Shown: positions 1 to 8,534 of the stretch, in pieces | Position numbering within the stretch: position 1 is the first letter of the stretch | Layout: every line of letters begins with the position of its first letter | Assembly (NCBI GenBank): GCA_038228545.1 | Contig: JBBRPE010000003.1 | Location: 64,442-128,441, forward strand | Origin: Minisyncoccia bacterium | GTDB lineage: Bacteria > Patescibacteriota > Minisyncoccia > Phycocordibacterales > Phycocordibacteraceae | Length of the DNA stretch: 64,000 nt | Direction of reading: 5' to 3' | Translations under genes and position numbers: made by a program | Notes under the pieces: generated by a model | Told to the model about the DNA's origin: nothing | The model's database searches: none | What the model saw: only the letters and a program-made list of their open reading frames with translations

Positions 1-26
1 AAGGTACTCGATAGAACACGTAGAAC

Positions 27-770
27 TTACGCGGCCTTCATGAACTCCATAAGGCGAGACCATTCCAGCTTGGGTTGCCAGACGACCTTGCCTGCGGCGA
101 CATCGCCCGCGACCTCGAAGTCGTCTTGCCGGTACTCAGGCATTGCTTCGTCCCAAAACGCGTACACGGGGTAGGAACCGTCGTCGGTGTCGAAGTTCTC
201 ACGAACGAACATCGACCGATTGAGGAAACAGACGATGGCCACAACGGTGCCACCGAGAATGCTAATTTCCTGTATCAGCTTTGCCGTAGTGGAGAAGTTG
301 TTACAGACGTCCTCGACTATGACTACTTTGTCACCCTTGCGCACCGTGTGCCGAGCGAATTTCAGCTCGGTGACGGCGCGTGACGTTTCCGTCGCTGGAG
401 CGACTTCAATCTTCTCGGGGTAGATGTAGCGAGCACGACGCCGACGGGCAAGGAGGACGGCGACCGTCTTGCCACCCTCCGGAGCTCCACAGTACACGAG
501 CTCCACACCACTGAATTTCCGTCTGAGTGTGGCTTGTAAAGGAGCGATGACACAGCGATCGAGAACATCCGGCCACTGTTCAAACGTCGCTACATTAACG
601 AAGACATCGCCAACGAACTGCCGACGTTCTTCATCACGGCCGGCATAGCCGACCAGAGGACCGATGCGGTGCCCCTTACTGTCTCGCGGGCATTCGTAGA
701 AACCACCGCACGCCGTGAGCAATTCTCGCGGCTTGTTGAAACGACTCAGATCAGGCTGTTGTAGTCGCAT
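27..770 (-). CDS. pyrE: Type I phosphoribosyltransferase, probably orotate phosphoribosyltransferase
   Basis: PRPP-binding motif VVIVEDVCNNFSTT. Sits immediately downstream of the OMP decarboxylase gene. At 247 aa it is longer than a typical OPRTase, so the true start may be internal. Confidence 0.5.
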   Translation of the reverse strand: MRLQQPDLSRFNKPRELLTACGGFYECPRDSKGHRIGPLVGYAGRDEERRQFVGDVFVNVATFEQWPDVLDRCVIAPLQATLRRKFSGVELVYCGAPEGGKTVAVLLARRRRARYIYPEKIEVAPATETSRAVTELKFARHTVRKGDKVVIVEDVCNNFSTTAKLIQEISILGGTVVAIVCFLNRSMFVRENFDTDDGSYPVYAFWDEAMPEYRQDDFEVAGDVAAGKVVWQPKLEWSRLMEFMKAA

Positions 771-785
771 AGTAATTCTCCTTAC

Positions 786-1637
786 TCAGACGATGGCGAG
801 GATTTCGCCGTGGAGTTTGAATGCCTCGCGGCGAGCGGCTTCAGCGAAGTCGCGGCCGGAGGAAGCGAAGATAATTCCGGACGACGAGTTGATTATGAAT
901 CCGACACCGTCCTTGTTGCGGCCGTTACGAACTGCCGCTTCAAGGTCTCCACCCTGCGTCCCAATGCCAGGAATCAGAAGGGGCAGCTGGGGCGCATACT
1001 GTCGCACCTTTGCGATATCCTCGGAGTACGTGGCGCCCGTTACCAGCCCGAGGTTGCGGTTATGGTTCCAAAACTCAGAGACCCGCCAGGCGACATATTC
1101 GTAGAGAGTCATAGTACCTCCCTCCGATTCCTTCATGAACTGCAGGTCTTGGAACTCGCCACTGCCCGGGTTGGACGTGCGGCACAACACGAAGACCAGC
1201 TTGTCAGGATTGTCTGCAAGCTCGCCCAGTGCACGGTGCCCAAGGTAGCAGTGCACCGTTACCGAGTCGGCGCCGAGATGGAGATAGAGTGTCGTGGCGT
1301 AGTGGCTGTTGGTGTTTCCGATGTCTTCAACCTTGGCGTCGATGATGATAAGGACGTCCGGCGCTTCTTGCTTGATGTATTGCACCAGCATACGGAGTGT
1401 CCGGAGGCCGTCATCGCCGAGCGACAGGAAGAAGGCCCAGTTCAACTTATAGGCGCAGACCACGTCCTTGGTCGTATCGATGATGGCTCGACAGAAGAGG
1501 AACACGCGTTTGCAGTGTGATTCGCCGTGACCGACTTCTTCAGGAATCTGCTTGAGGTCAGGATCGAGCCCGACGCACAAGAACTTTCCCTCGGCCCACT
1601 TGGCCGCGAGGATGGCGTTCGCATTTCGAGTGGTCAT
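786..1637 (-). CDS. pyrF: Orotidine 5'-phosphate decarboxylase (type 2)
   Basis: Motifs FLCVGLDPD and IIIDAKVEDIGNT. Start moved to the internal ATG (MTTRNANAIL), which is preceded by AGGCGGA. The upstream ORF extension lacks an RBS. Confidence 0.8.
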   Translation of the reverse strand: MTTRNANAILAAKWAEGKFLCVGLDPDLKQIPEEVGHGESHCKRVFLFCRAIIDTTKDVVCAYKLNWAFFLSLGDDGLRTLRMLVQYIKQEAPDVLIIIDAKVEDIGNTNSHYATTLYLHLGADSVTVHCYLGHRALGELADNPDKLVFVLCRTSNPGSGEFQDLQFMKESEGGTMTLYEYVAWRVSEFWNHNRNLGLVTGATYSEDIAKVRQYAPQLPLLIPGIGTQGGDLEAAVRNGRNKDGVGFIINSSSGIIFASSGRDFAEAARREAFKLHGEILAIV

Positions 1638-1855
1638 TGGGTTTCCGCCTAGCTGAATGTGAATGGTGCGTACGGCGTGATTGCCGTTCCGCATGCACAC
1701 TAGCATGCCATTTGGAGGGGTGCACTCTATGCAACACGGTCACAAATCTTCAGGCGCGCGACGTGGAGAAAGCGGCGAGTGAGCCGTACGAACTGGTACG
1801 GTGATTGAGCCACAGAGGCTCCATAACAAAGCAGCTGGGGATTTTGACGTGTTTG

Positions 1856-2518
1856 TTAGATTTTACCCACAAGTCCCATCCCTGGCTCAAGCGTATCGTC
1901 GCCCTCTTCCCAGTTAGCGGGACATACATTTCCAGGGTGTGTTTCCACATACTGTGCAGCCTGTACCTTACGGAGTGTTTCTGCGGCGCGTCGTCCTATG
2001 GAGTTGTCATGTATCTCCATCGTACGCAGTACGCCGTTCGGGTCGATGACAAACGTTCCTCGCAGAGACTGTCCTTCGTCCGGAGTGCGAGCGAGATCAC
2101 CCCCTTCAATGAGCGTGCCGAATACGTAGGAAATTTTTCCGGAAGGGTCTGCGCCCATTGGATAGTTCACCTGTTTGATTGCGGGAGACGTGTCATGCCA
2201 TGCCTTGTGCACAAACACGGTGTCGGTTGAAAACGAAAGCACTTCCGTGTTTATGGCTTCAAACTGCGGGTACAGGCGTGCCATATCTTCAAGCTCGGTT
2301 GGGCACACAAAGGTGAAGTCACCGGGATAGAACATCACCACAAGCCATTTTCCGCGGTAATCCGAGAACTTCACCGTTTTCTGGTCGTCCTTATGATATA
2401 TATCGAACTCGTAGTCGGGAATTGTTTCGCCGATACGCACACCAGTAACGAAGTCGCCCATATCATGGAAATCGCCACAGTTCTCACAGTAGTTGCTTTT
2501 CTGGCCGTTTTTGTTCAT
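1856..2518 (-). CDS. Peroxiredoxin (AhpC/TSA family, 2-Cys)
   Basis: Peroxidatic-cysteine motif FTFVCPTE. Start set at MNKNGQ. Carries a short N-terminal extension containing CENCGD. Confidence 0.8.
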   Translation of the reverse strand: MNKNGQKSNYCENCGDFHDMGDFVTGVRIGETIPDYEFDIYHKDDQKTVKFSDYRGKWLVVMFYPGDFTFVCPTELEDMARLYPQFEAINTEVLSFSTDTVFVHKAWHDTSPAIKQVNYPMGADPSGKISYVFGTLIEGGDLARTPDEGQSLRGTFVIDPNGVLRTMEIHDNSIGRRAAETLRKVQAAQYVETHPGNVCPANWEEGDDTLEPGMGLVGKI

Positions 2519-2549
2519 ATAAGTAGGATTAGCTTGCGCAAGTAGACCT

Positions 2550-3455
2550 ATGATACCACCGGAAGATACAGGTCTCAAAAACGACTCACGCGAGCGTATT
2601 TCTATTGTGTGCGTCGTGGGGCCAACTGCGTCTGGGAAAACAGCTCGAGGAATAGAGCTCGCACAGGAGCGCAACGGCGAAATTATCTCCGTAGATTCAC
2701 GGCAGGTATACCGCATGCTTAATATCGGCACCGAGAAAATAGCAAAAGAAGAAATGCGTGGAGTCCCTCACCACCTTATAGACATATGTGAGCCTGAAAC
2801 CACCTACAGCGCGGGCGATTTCGTACGAGATGCTGACACTCTCATACAAGAGCTTCATATGCGTGGAAAAACACCAATACTTGTTGGCGGAACACACTTC
2901 TACTTTGATGCACTCCTCTATGGTCTTCCGAGCGATATTCCGCATGATGAGAAACTTCGTGCAGAGCTCGAAGCGTTGTCGAGCGACGAGCTCATGGAGC
3001 GTATACACGCCGCAGACAGCAGACGCGCGAGCCGTCTTGACTCAAACAATCGTCGCCGGCTTATCCGAGCACTGGAGATAATTAGCGAGCACGGCCATGT
3101 CCCCGAGCGAAAGCATGACGAAATGCGCTACGACGTTGAGTGGGTGATTCTCAACCCGGAGCGCGACGAACTTCGTTCCCGTATACATACACGTCTTCAA
3201 TTTGCGCTCAACAACGGTCTGATTGAAGAAGTGAAGAGCGTCCGTGCGCTCGTCGGTGATGAGCGTCTGAATGAACTTGGACTTGAATACAAAGTCATCG
3301 GAGAGTATCTACGCGACGAACGCGACTACGATTCCTTGCTCCCGACACTTTCCTCGCGTCTCTGGCACTATGCCCGCCGTCAGAAAGCGTGGCTCAGAAA
3401 ACTTATGCACGAGAGCCAAATAGCAATGACAGCGAGTGATAAACTATCCTCATGA
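2550..3455 (+). CDS. miaA: tRNA dimethylallyltransferase
   Basis: P-loop GPTASGKT and ISVDSRQVY. Similarity runs the full length. Confidence 0.85.
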   Translation: MIPPEDTGLKNDSRERISIVCVVGPTASGKTARGIELAQERNGEIISVDSRQVYRMLNIGTEKIAKEEMRGVPHHLIDICEPETTYSAGDFVRDADTLIQELHMRGKTPILVGGTHFYFDALLYGLPSDIPHDEKLRAELEALSSDELMERIHAADSRRASRLDSNNRRRLIRALEIISEHGHVPERKHDEMRYDVEWVILNPERDELRSRIHTRLQFALNNGLIEEVKSVRALVGDERLNELGLEYKVIGEYLRDERDYDSLLPTLSSRLWHYARRQKAWLRKLMHESQIAMTASDKLSS

Positions 3456-3952
3456 AGAAATTTGTCGTGATATTTGTACTGGTTTTCTTTTTTATAGCTC
3501 TTCTCGGAGCAATCTTGTTTAAAGTGCTGTCTCCGGGGACACAGCCCAAAAAGCAAGCAACGACTACCTTCCCTACCGCTACGGGAATTTCGTATACGTC
3601 AGTTTCAAACACGCCTGATGCAGTAGCAAAAACATGTGTTAGCTGGTACGTGCAAGCGGAAAACGTGGCACTCGATGACTATGAAAAAGGTATCGAAAGC
3701 TGTTTTACTCCTACCTTTTATAAAAGCTGGGATAGTATTCGCGATGATACAGGCCAGGACCCGGTGCTGTACTCACATACCTACACTCCTAGCTGGTTAA
3801 CGAAGCAAACTGCATCTATAAAAACTCAAACAGACACTGAAAGTACGGTATCTGTCACACTCGGCAACGGCACTACTGCGCTTATGGTAGACGTACAACT
3901 TGAGAAGACGAGTAACGGTTGGCGTATCACAAACGTTACTGAATCGAAGTAG
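3452..3952 (+). CDS. Hypothetical secreted/membrane-anchored protein
   Basis: N-terminal hydrophobic helix followed by a Thr/Ser-rich region. Start overlaps the miaA stop. Confidence 0.5.
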   Translation: MKKFVVIFVLVFFFIALLGAILFKVLSPGTQPKKQATTTFPTATGISYTSVSNTPDAVAKTCVSWYVQAENVALDDYEKGIESCFTPTFYKSWDSIRDDTGQDPVLYSHTYTPSWLTKQTASIKTQTDTESTVSVTLGNGTTALMVDVQLEKTSNGWRITNVTESK

Positions 3953-3995
3953 GTACGTTACGACAATACGGGAACGGCCACCGTTTCCTCAAAAA

Positions 3996-5027
3996 CTATC
4001 TGCCTGATGCAGACCAGTGCGGTGGGTCGTTCGGCAACTGATTATAAAATCCATACTGTCCGGCATGAGCTCTGAGCCACGTGTATGCGCCCGGTCCGAG
4101 TCGTATATCAACAGCAGTTCCTGACGTGTGATTCGAGCCATTGCCTCCAAGCGAGCATGGCACCGCGGCAGTTCTGGTGGAACACACAGCACTGCCATTC
4201 ACCAGACGACACCCGTTGTTATTCCACGCAGCTGTCTGGTCGTCTGGAGATCGATACCCAGACGACACCCGCAAATCTACACCTTCTCTGAGGGCAGCAG
4301 TACGCATAGATACAAAACGCTGAACCGTATCTGCCAAATCTCTATGAGACCCGATGTCAGCAGAACTGGGGAATGGAACGAGCTGTGATTCTGGTATCGC
4401 TGTACAACTACCTCCGCCTCCGCCTGGGCCCGGGCCGCCAGTACCACCTCCAGGACCAGTTAGACTTCCAGCGTCCGTACTACCCACAATTCCGTTTGTG
4501 ATACTCCCAAACAAACCTTGGATACGCTGTGGTGTTGTTTCGCTTATGCACATGTCTTCACCATTGTCAGCAAGAATGCTATTCCATGGACCAAATGTTG
4601 AACCGGAAGCTGTACCGTCTGATGCATTTGGTTTATAGAGTTTTTTCATTATGTAATCGACGATGAGCCATGCGGCAAGCACGATTGCAAGTCCAATCAT
4701 CACATTAATAAACATCCCTCTTCCTTTGCTTCTCGCTTCAGCATTACTGCCGTTAAACATCCAAATAAATCCCGCGTAAACGAGCGCGAGCGTAGCGAAG
4801 ATACAGCCGAGAGAAATCATAAGATTTATGACATTTTGTGTCGTTGCAAGTACACAACCATAGGAAGCGGCCGAGGTATGGCCGGGAACACCATCGCAAT
4901 TACATTCTGTTGGGACTATCGGCCCGAAGAAATTTGCGGTTGCCGCATGGGCTGACACAGGAACTATAAGCACGATGAACGCCAGGGTGAGTCCTGCACT
5001 GAGCTTTGTTAGTGTGCTGTACTTCAT
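3996..5027 (-). CDS. Secreted fusion protein: T4SS-pilin-like (TrbC/VirB2-like) N-domain, Gly-rich linker, C-terminal peptidase M15 (VanY/LAS-type zinc peptidoglycan peptidase)
   Basis: Signal peptide (…VSAHA). Then IVPTECNCDG and two TM helices (LMISLGCIFATLALVYAGFIWMF … INVMIGLAIVLAAWLIVDYIMKK). These match the paralog array at 19.9-22.1 kb. Linker is GPGGGTGGPGPGGGGGS. The C-terminus has SGYRSPDDQ, HTSGTAVDI and DPPHW, which are M15 zinc-ligand motifs. Confidence 0.7.
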   Translation of the reverse strand: MKYSTLTKLSAGLTLAFIVLIVPVSAHAATANFFGPIVPTECNCDGVPGHTSAASYGCVLATTQNVINLMISLGCIFATLALVYAGFIWMFNGSNAEARSKGRGMFINVMIGLAIVLAAWLIVDYIMKKLYKPNASDGTASGSTFGPWNSILADNGEDMCISETTPQRIQGLFGSITNGIVGSTDAGSLTGPGGGTGGPGPGGGGGSCTAIPESQLVPFPSSADIGSHRDLADTVQRFVSMRTAALREGVDLRVSSGYRSPDDQTAAWNNNGCRLVNGSAVCSTRTAAVPCSLGGNGSNHTSGTAVDIRLGPGAYTWLRAHAGQYGFYNQLPNDPPHWSASGR

Positions 5028-5029
5028 TA

Positions 5030-5563
5030 TTACGGGAGCTTCACCGCTCCTGGACAGAAACTAAGTCCGACCGGGTCGGTGCCATAGGTATCACTCAATC
5101 CCGGACCTGCTGAAACATAAGTGTCGAGCGCACAAAGCACTGGATTAGATAGTTTGAGTGTGGTGCGCAATGCGTCTTCTGCAGCTATTCTCGTCGCTCC
5201 GAGAGGTTCCGCAAGAAGTGTAACAAGCACGCGTGCCTTACCTCCATTTTGGGCCGGAGGTACATAAGTTATAAGAAAAGTAGAATACTCTGAGCCTGCA
5301 ACACGATACCCGGACACCGGATCTGCCCATGCGGGCTGGTCTATTTTTGTAAAATCAGGAACTGCTACTTTTGACCCATCGCTCAGAACGATAGTGAGCT
5401 GGTTACCAACGGGTATTACACTGCTCCCAAGACCTCCAAAGGGAGAGGTCGTTGCTGTACCGGATGTGACGGGTGAATACGTTTTTTTAATCAGCCAGTA
5501 CATTCCGAATACGGCGAATACCACGAGAAGTACTGCCAACCCTATAGCCAGCGGCTTATTCAT
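5030..5563 (-). CDS. Hypothetical membrane-anchored protein
   Basis: One N-terminal TM helix. Lies between the two pilin-hydrolase fusion genes and is probably in the same operon. Confidence 0.5.
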   Translation of the reverse strand: MNKPLAIGLAVLLVVFAVFGMYWLIKKTYSPVTSGTATTSPFGGLGSSVIPVGNQLTIVLSDGSKVAVPDFTKIDQPAWADPVSGYRVAGSEYSTFLITYVPPAQNGGKARVLVTLLAEPLGATRIAAEDALRTTLKLSNPVLCALDTYVSAGPGLSDTYGTDPVGLSFCPGAVKLP

Positions 5564-5587
5564 AAAAAAATTGTATCATGCATGATT

Positions 5588-6631
5588 TTAGCGAGCCTGA
5601 CATCTTGGGTCGGACGACCTTGCTCCTGGAACTGCGCAACGAGTCGCCGAGCATTGCCATGCAGAAAGATTCTGTGTGTACAGACTACAGGCCACCTGTG
5701 TGTTAGTTTGACCATTTTGGGCGGCCGAAACACAGTCCTGATAGAGACGTTCCTTACCGGGTACAACCGAGGAGTCACATCCACCGAGTCGTTGACCCGC
5801 ATAGTGGAGCGCGTTTCCCTCGCATCTTTGTGTAAACGCAGTCGTACAGGCTATACCGTTCACTCTAAGGGGCGAGGTTGTGAGGTTAATCTGCCAGAGC
5901 CCAACAGAGTAGCTCCGCCCGTTACCACGATCCAATTTATCCGAGGTGGAAAGGATGGCGACTTGTCCGCCCGCACTCTCGAGATTGCAAGTTCTTGACG
6001 CTGCTTCTCCAAGAGCTGCGAAGCAAGTACTGGATAGACTCTGCACACTACACGCTCCGCTTGCAGGAAGAGTACAACTCCCTCCACCCCCCACTCCACC
6101 AAAACCACCTCCTCCACTTCCAGCGTTCGTGCCTCCCACGACGCCATTTGCAATACTTCCGAATAGTCCTGGGATTACTGTCGTCTCCCTCGGTTGTATA
6201 CACCAGGAGCCTGCCGCTGCAGGAGAGAGAATTTTATTCCACGGACCATAGGAACTTTCGTTGTAGAGCGTCTTCATGATGAAGTCTACGAACAGCCAGG
6301 CAGCAAGAACGATGAACATACCAATAACGACATTCAGTAACATACTCTTCGCCTTACTGCGCATTTCGGGATTTGTCGGATTGAGCATCATACTTGCGCC
6401 TGCGTAGGCTGCGACAAGAACGAATGCAATAACCCCAATGGAAACGGCCGCATTCATAAGGTTCTGAATGAGTTGCAGTACACCTCCGTAATCACACGGA
6501 CATGCGGTGCACTCCGTCGGAACTATTGAAAAGGTTGGGTCAAGAAGCGATAAATTTGCGGCATACACGGGAAGAGCCGCGCTTACAAAAAGAGTAAGCG
6601 AGAGAGAAGTAACCAGGAGAGCCCTACGCAT
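5588..6631 (-). CDS. Secreted fusion protein: T4SS-pilin-like N-domain, Gly-rich linker, C-terminal lytic transglycosylase-like (GH23/SLT-like) domain
   Basis: Start set at MRRALLVTSLSLTLFVSAALPVYA (signal peptide). IVPTECTACPCDYG plus two TM helices are paralogous to 3996..5027. Linker is GSGGGGFGGVGGGGS. The C-terminus has ES…(30 aa)…GLWQIN and HYAG, which resemble the SLT catalytic E-S and GLMQ/AYNAG motifs. Confidence 0.6.
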   Translation of the reverse strand: MRRALLVTSLSLTLFVSAALPVYAANLSLLDPTFSIVPTECTACPCDYGGVLQLIQNLMNAAVSIGVIAFVLVAAYAGASMMLNPTNPEMRSKAKSMLLNVVIGMFIVLAAWLFVDFIMKTLYNESSYGPWNKILSPAAAGSWCIQPRETTVIPGLFGSIANGVVGGTNAGSGGGGFGGVGGGGSCTLPASGACSVQSLSSTCFAALGEAASRTCNLESAGGQVAILSTSDKLDRGNGRSYSVGLWQINLTTSPLRVNGIACTTAFTQRCEGNALHYAGQRLGGCDSSVVPGKERLYQDCVSAAQNGQTNTQVACSLYTQNLSAWQCSATRCAVPGARSSDPRCQAR

Positions 6632-6814
6632 ACTTGTATTGTAGCCTCTCAGAAGGCCCTGGCACTGCTTTGTTCCCACCTTATAAATCTGCTAAGGTAG
6701 CCAAGAGGAAGCTCAAATTCGCTTCGCTCGGGCCATATGCGTTGCTTGCACGTATATGAACCCTTCGTTCGGCGGATTACACTGAATCCTGATTCAATGT
6801 ACTCACCTCACTCA

Positions 6815-6885
6815 GGGTCCATAGTTTAGTGGTAGAACATCGGTCTCCAAAACCGATAGTGTAGGTTCGATTCCTACTGGGCCCG
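6815..6885 (+). tRNA. tRNA-Trp (anticodon CCA)
   Basis: Cloverleaf readable by hand. Acceptor gggtcca/tgggccc with discriminator g. Anticodon loop ctCCAaa. T-arm ggttcgattcc. CCA is not encoded. Confidence 0.8.
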
Positions 6886-6932
6886 CAAATAGAAAAGCGC
6901 CATTCGGCGCCTTTTCTATTTGCGGGCCCAAG
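6886..6932 (+). terminator. Perfect 20-bp-stem hairpin downstream of tRNA-Trp
   Basis: gggcccgcaaatagaaaagcgcc-attc-ggcgccttttctatttgcgggccc. The stem re-uses the tRNA 3' end. Confidence 0.5.
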
Positions 6933-7006
6933 CAAACCTGGGAGGTTTGCTTGTAGGAATCGAAGATGTTGCGGAGAAATGGAGGAAATGGGGTCAGGAA
7001 ATGGGG

Positions 7007-7684
7007 TCAGCCACCATTCTTTTTCGGACGTCCGACTGTCCGGAGAGTTTGCTCGAGACCGTGTCTCTTCACCATGGTATCAAGCCACACGTCGTTCCCA
7101 AACGGAATACTCTTTCTTTCAGACTGTTCGAGTGCTTCTTCTTCGCTTGGGGTCTGCGGCTCGTCGAGCCATGCAAGATAGTCAGGGGGAGAGGATACGG
7201 GCCAGGCTGAGAGGAGTTTCTGTTGTTGTGCAGTACCACTTTCTCTTCGCCAGGCACTTCCCCACCTCCACTGTGGTGCACTCTTTACCAAGTTTGCTTT
7301 CTTAGCGTTTCGCTCAACGTATCTAACCAGAGTTAGAAAATACTTGTCCTCTCCACAGAGAAAGGACTTGTAGCGTCCCTGATACAGATGACCTTCGCCG
7401 ACCGTTCCTTTTGCGATATGCCATCGGCGGGTATGAGTGTTGGTGACCCAAGACATGAATTTCGAGAGATCGCCGTCTTCTTTCGGGTACAGGACAAGAT
7501 GCCAGTGATTGGGCATGAGGCAATACGCGAGTATGCGCATATCGAAGGTTTCTGCTGCTTCTTCCAGGATGGTCTCGAACATGCGATAGTCGTCAGGAGT
7601 GTCGAAAATCTGAGCACGGACATTGGCGCGATTAAGGACGTGATATACATGTTTTCCCACGTCGACACGTTCGATGCGTGGCAT
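7007..7684 (-). CDS. Y1 (HUH) transposase, IS200-like / REP-associated tyrosine transposase-like
   Basis: HuH motif in YCLMPNHWHLVL and conserved HVYHVLNRANVRAQIF. At 225 aa it is longer than classic IS200 TnpA, so it may be RAYT-like. Confidence 0.7.
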   Translation of the reverse strand: MPRIERVDVGKHVYHVLNRANVRAQIFDTPDDYRMFETILEEAAETFDMRILAYCLMPNHWHLVLYPKEDGDLSKFMSWVTNTHTRRWHIAKGTVGEGHLYQGRYKSFLCGEDKYFLTLVRYVERNAKKANLVKSAPQWRWGSAWRRESGTAQQQKLLSAWPVSSPPDYLAWLDEPQTPSEEEALEQSERKSIPFGNDVWLDTMVKRHGLEQTLRTVGRPKKNGG

Positions 7685-7789
7685 GCAGTAAGGGTATCAC
7701 GGGGAAATGGTGGCTGACCCCATTTATCCGAAGAAACTTCTGCGAGCATTTTGTGATTCTGAGAGCAAAATCCGCAAAGTGGACAGCGA

Positions 7790-7818
7790 GTGTAGCTCGA
7801 GTTTCCTACTGGGCCCGC
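7790..7818 (+). pseudogene. tRNA-Trp 3'-fragment duplicate (pseudo-tRNA)
   Basis: agtgtagctcgagtttcctactgggcccgc versus the tRNA 3' part agtgtaggttcgattcctactgggcccgc. Confidence 0.55.
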
Positions 7819-7892
7819 GACCGAGCCGAGTGACGACGAGGCGAGAGTTGTGACCGCAGAGGGCCCAAGCAGGCGTGGGGCGCCTGCGTGTA

Positions 7893-8008
7893 GGAATCGA
7901 AAGGCGCAGGCCGGGTAGGCCGAGCCGGGGTCGACCAAAATCGCAGCAGCGATTTATGGGTGACTGATGCCTGCCTGATTCTTATCAGGACACTTCCTAC
8001 TGCCCACT
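7893..8008 (+). repeat. tRNA-flank structured repeat, copy A
   Basis: Has ggaatcgaaa…ggggtcgaccaaaat-[hairpin aaatcgc/agca/gcgattt]-atttatgggtgactgatgcctgcctgattcttatcaggacac. Ends with a degenerate tRNA-Trp 3' end (ttcctactgcccac). Paralogous to copies at 44143-44260 and 43555-43680. Confidence 0.6.
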
Positions 8009-8507
8009 ACCGCACATACACAAACACTCCATCCTTCTTCTCCCCTTCCCACGTCGGAAGCGGAAATAGATTACAGACAACACGTGCTCCGGGCGCAAGT
8101 TCTCGCGAGAGCTTTCGTTCGAGACGCTTCATAATGTGCGAAATACCAAACACGGTCACTACCGAGTACCGGGATAAATCGACAGACCACATGTCCCTCC
8201 ATTCAACCGATGCACGTGAACCAAGCCCTTCCTTGCGAATGGCTCTATTTGAAAGCCACACAAGAAGTGGATTTATCTCAACACCTCGTGCTTCTATTCC
8301 AAGTCGTGCAGCAGCTATGACGAGACGGCCATCGCCACTTCCAATATCAATAAGACGGTCTCCGGGCCCTAGTTTCGTGCTGCTCAACATACTTTGCATA
8401 AGAAGTGTGTCAGTCGGTATATAGAGCGCCCCATTGAGTAGCCCTAGAAAATAGGCACAGAGCGCTGAACCGACCACAAGCAGGAGGTAGAGGAGAAGTG
8501 CCCACAT
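8007..8507 (-). CDS. Class I SAM-dependent methyltransferase with N-terminal TM helix
   Basis: SAM-binding motif LIDIGSGDGRLV. Hydrophobic N-terminus. Lies downstream of the type IV pilin gene. Confidence 0.6.
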   Translation of the reverse strand: MWALLLYLLLVVGSALCAYFLGLLNGALYIPTDTLLMQSMLSSTKLGPGDRLIDIGSGDGRLVIAAARLGIEARGVEINPLLVWLSNRAIRKEGLGSRASVEWRDMWSVDLSRYSVVTVFGISHIMKRLERKLSRELAPGARVVCNLFPLPTWEGEKKDGVFVYVR

Positions 8508-8534
8508 ACCTACACCATACAGGAATGCGCCTCG

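Larger units (their letters stand above)
6905..7905 (-). mobile_element. IS200/IS605-family or RAYT-like element (single Y1 transposase gene flanked by similar hairpins)
   Basis: Transposase ORF at 7007..7684. It is flanked in direct orientation by gggcccaagca[hairpin]tg.gtgtaggaatcgaa at 6905-6960 and at 7862-7905. Confidence 0.55.

Noticed and set aside
7960-8424. ORFs 7960..8424(+), 44070..44408(+) and 43517..43819(-), all containing 'VTDACLIL(I/V)RT'
   Set aside because: Similarity is confined to the tRNA-flank repeat. The copies differ by compensatory nucleotide changes, not synonymous ones. No start or RBS context.
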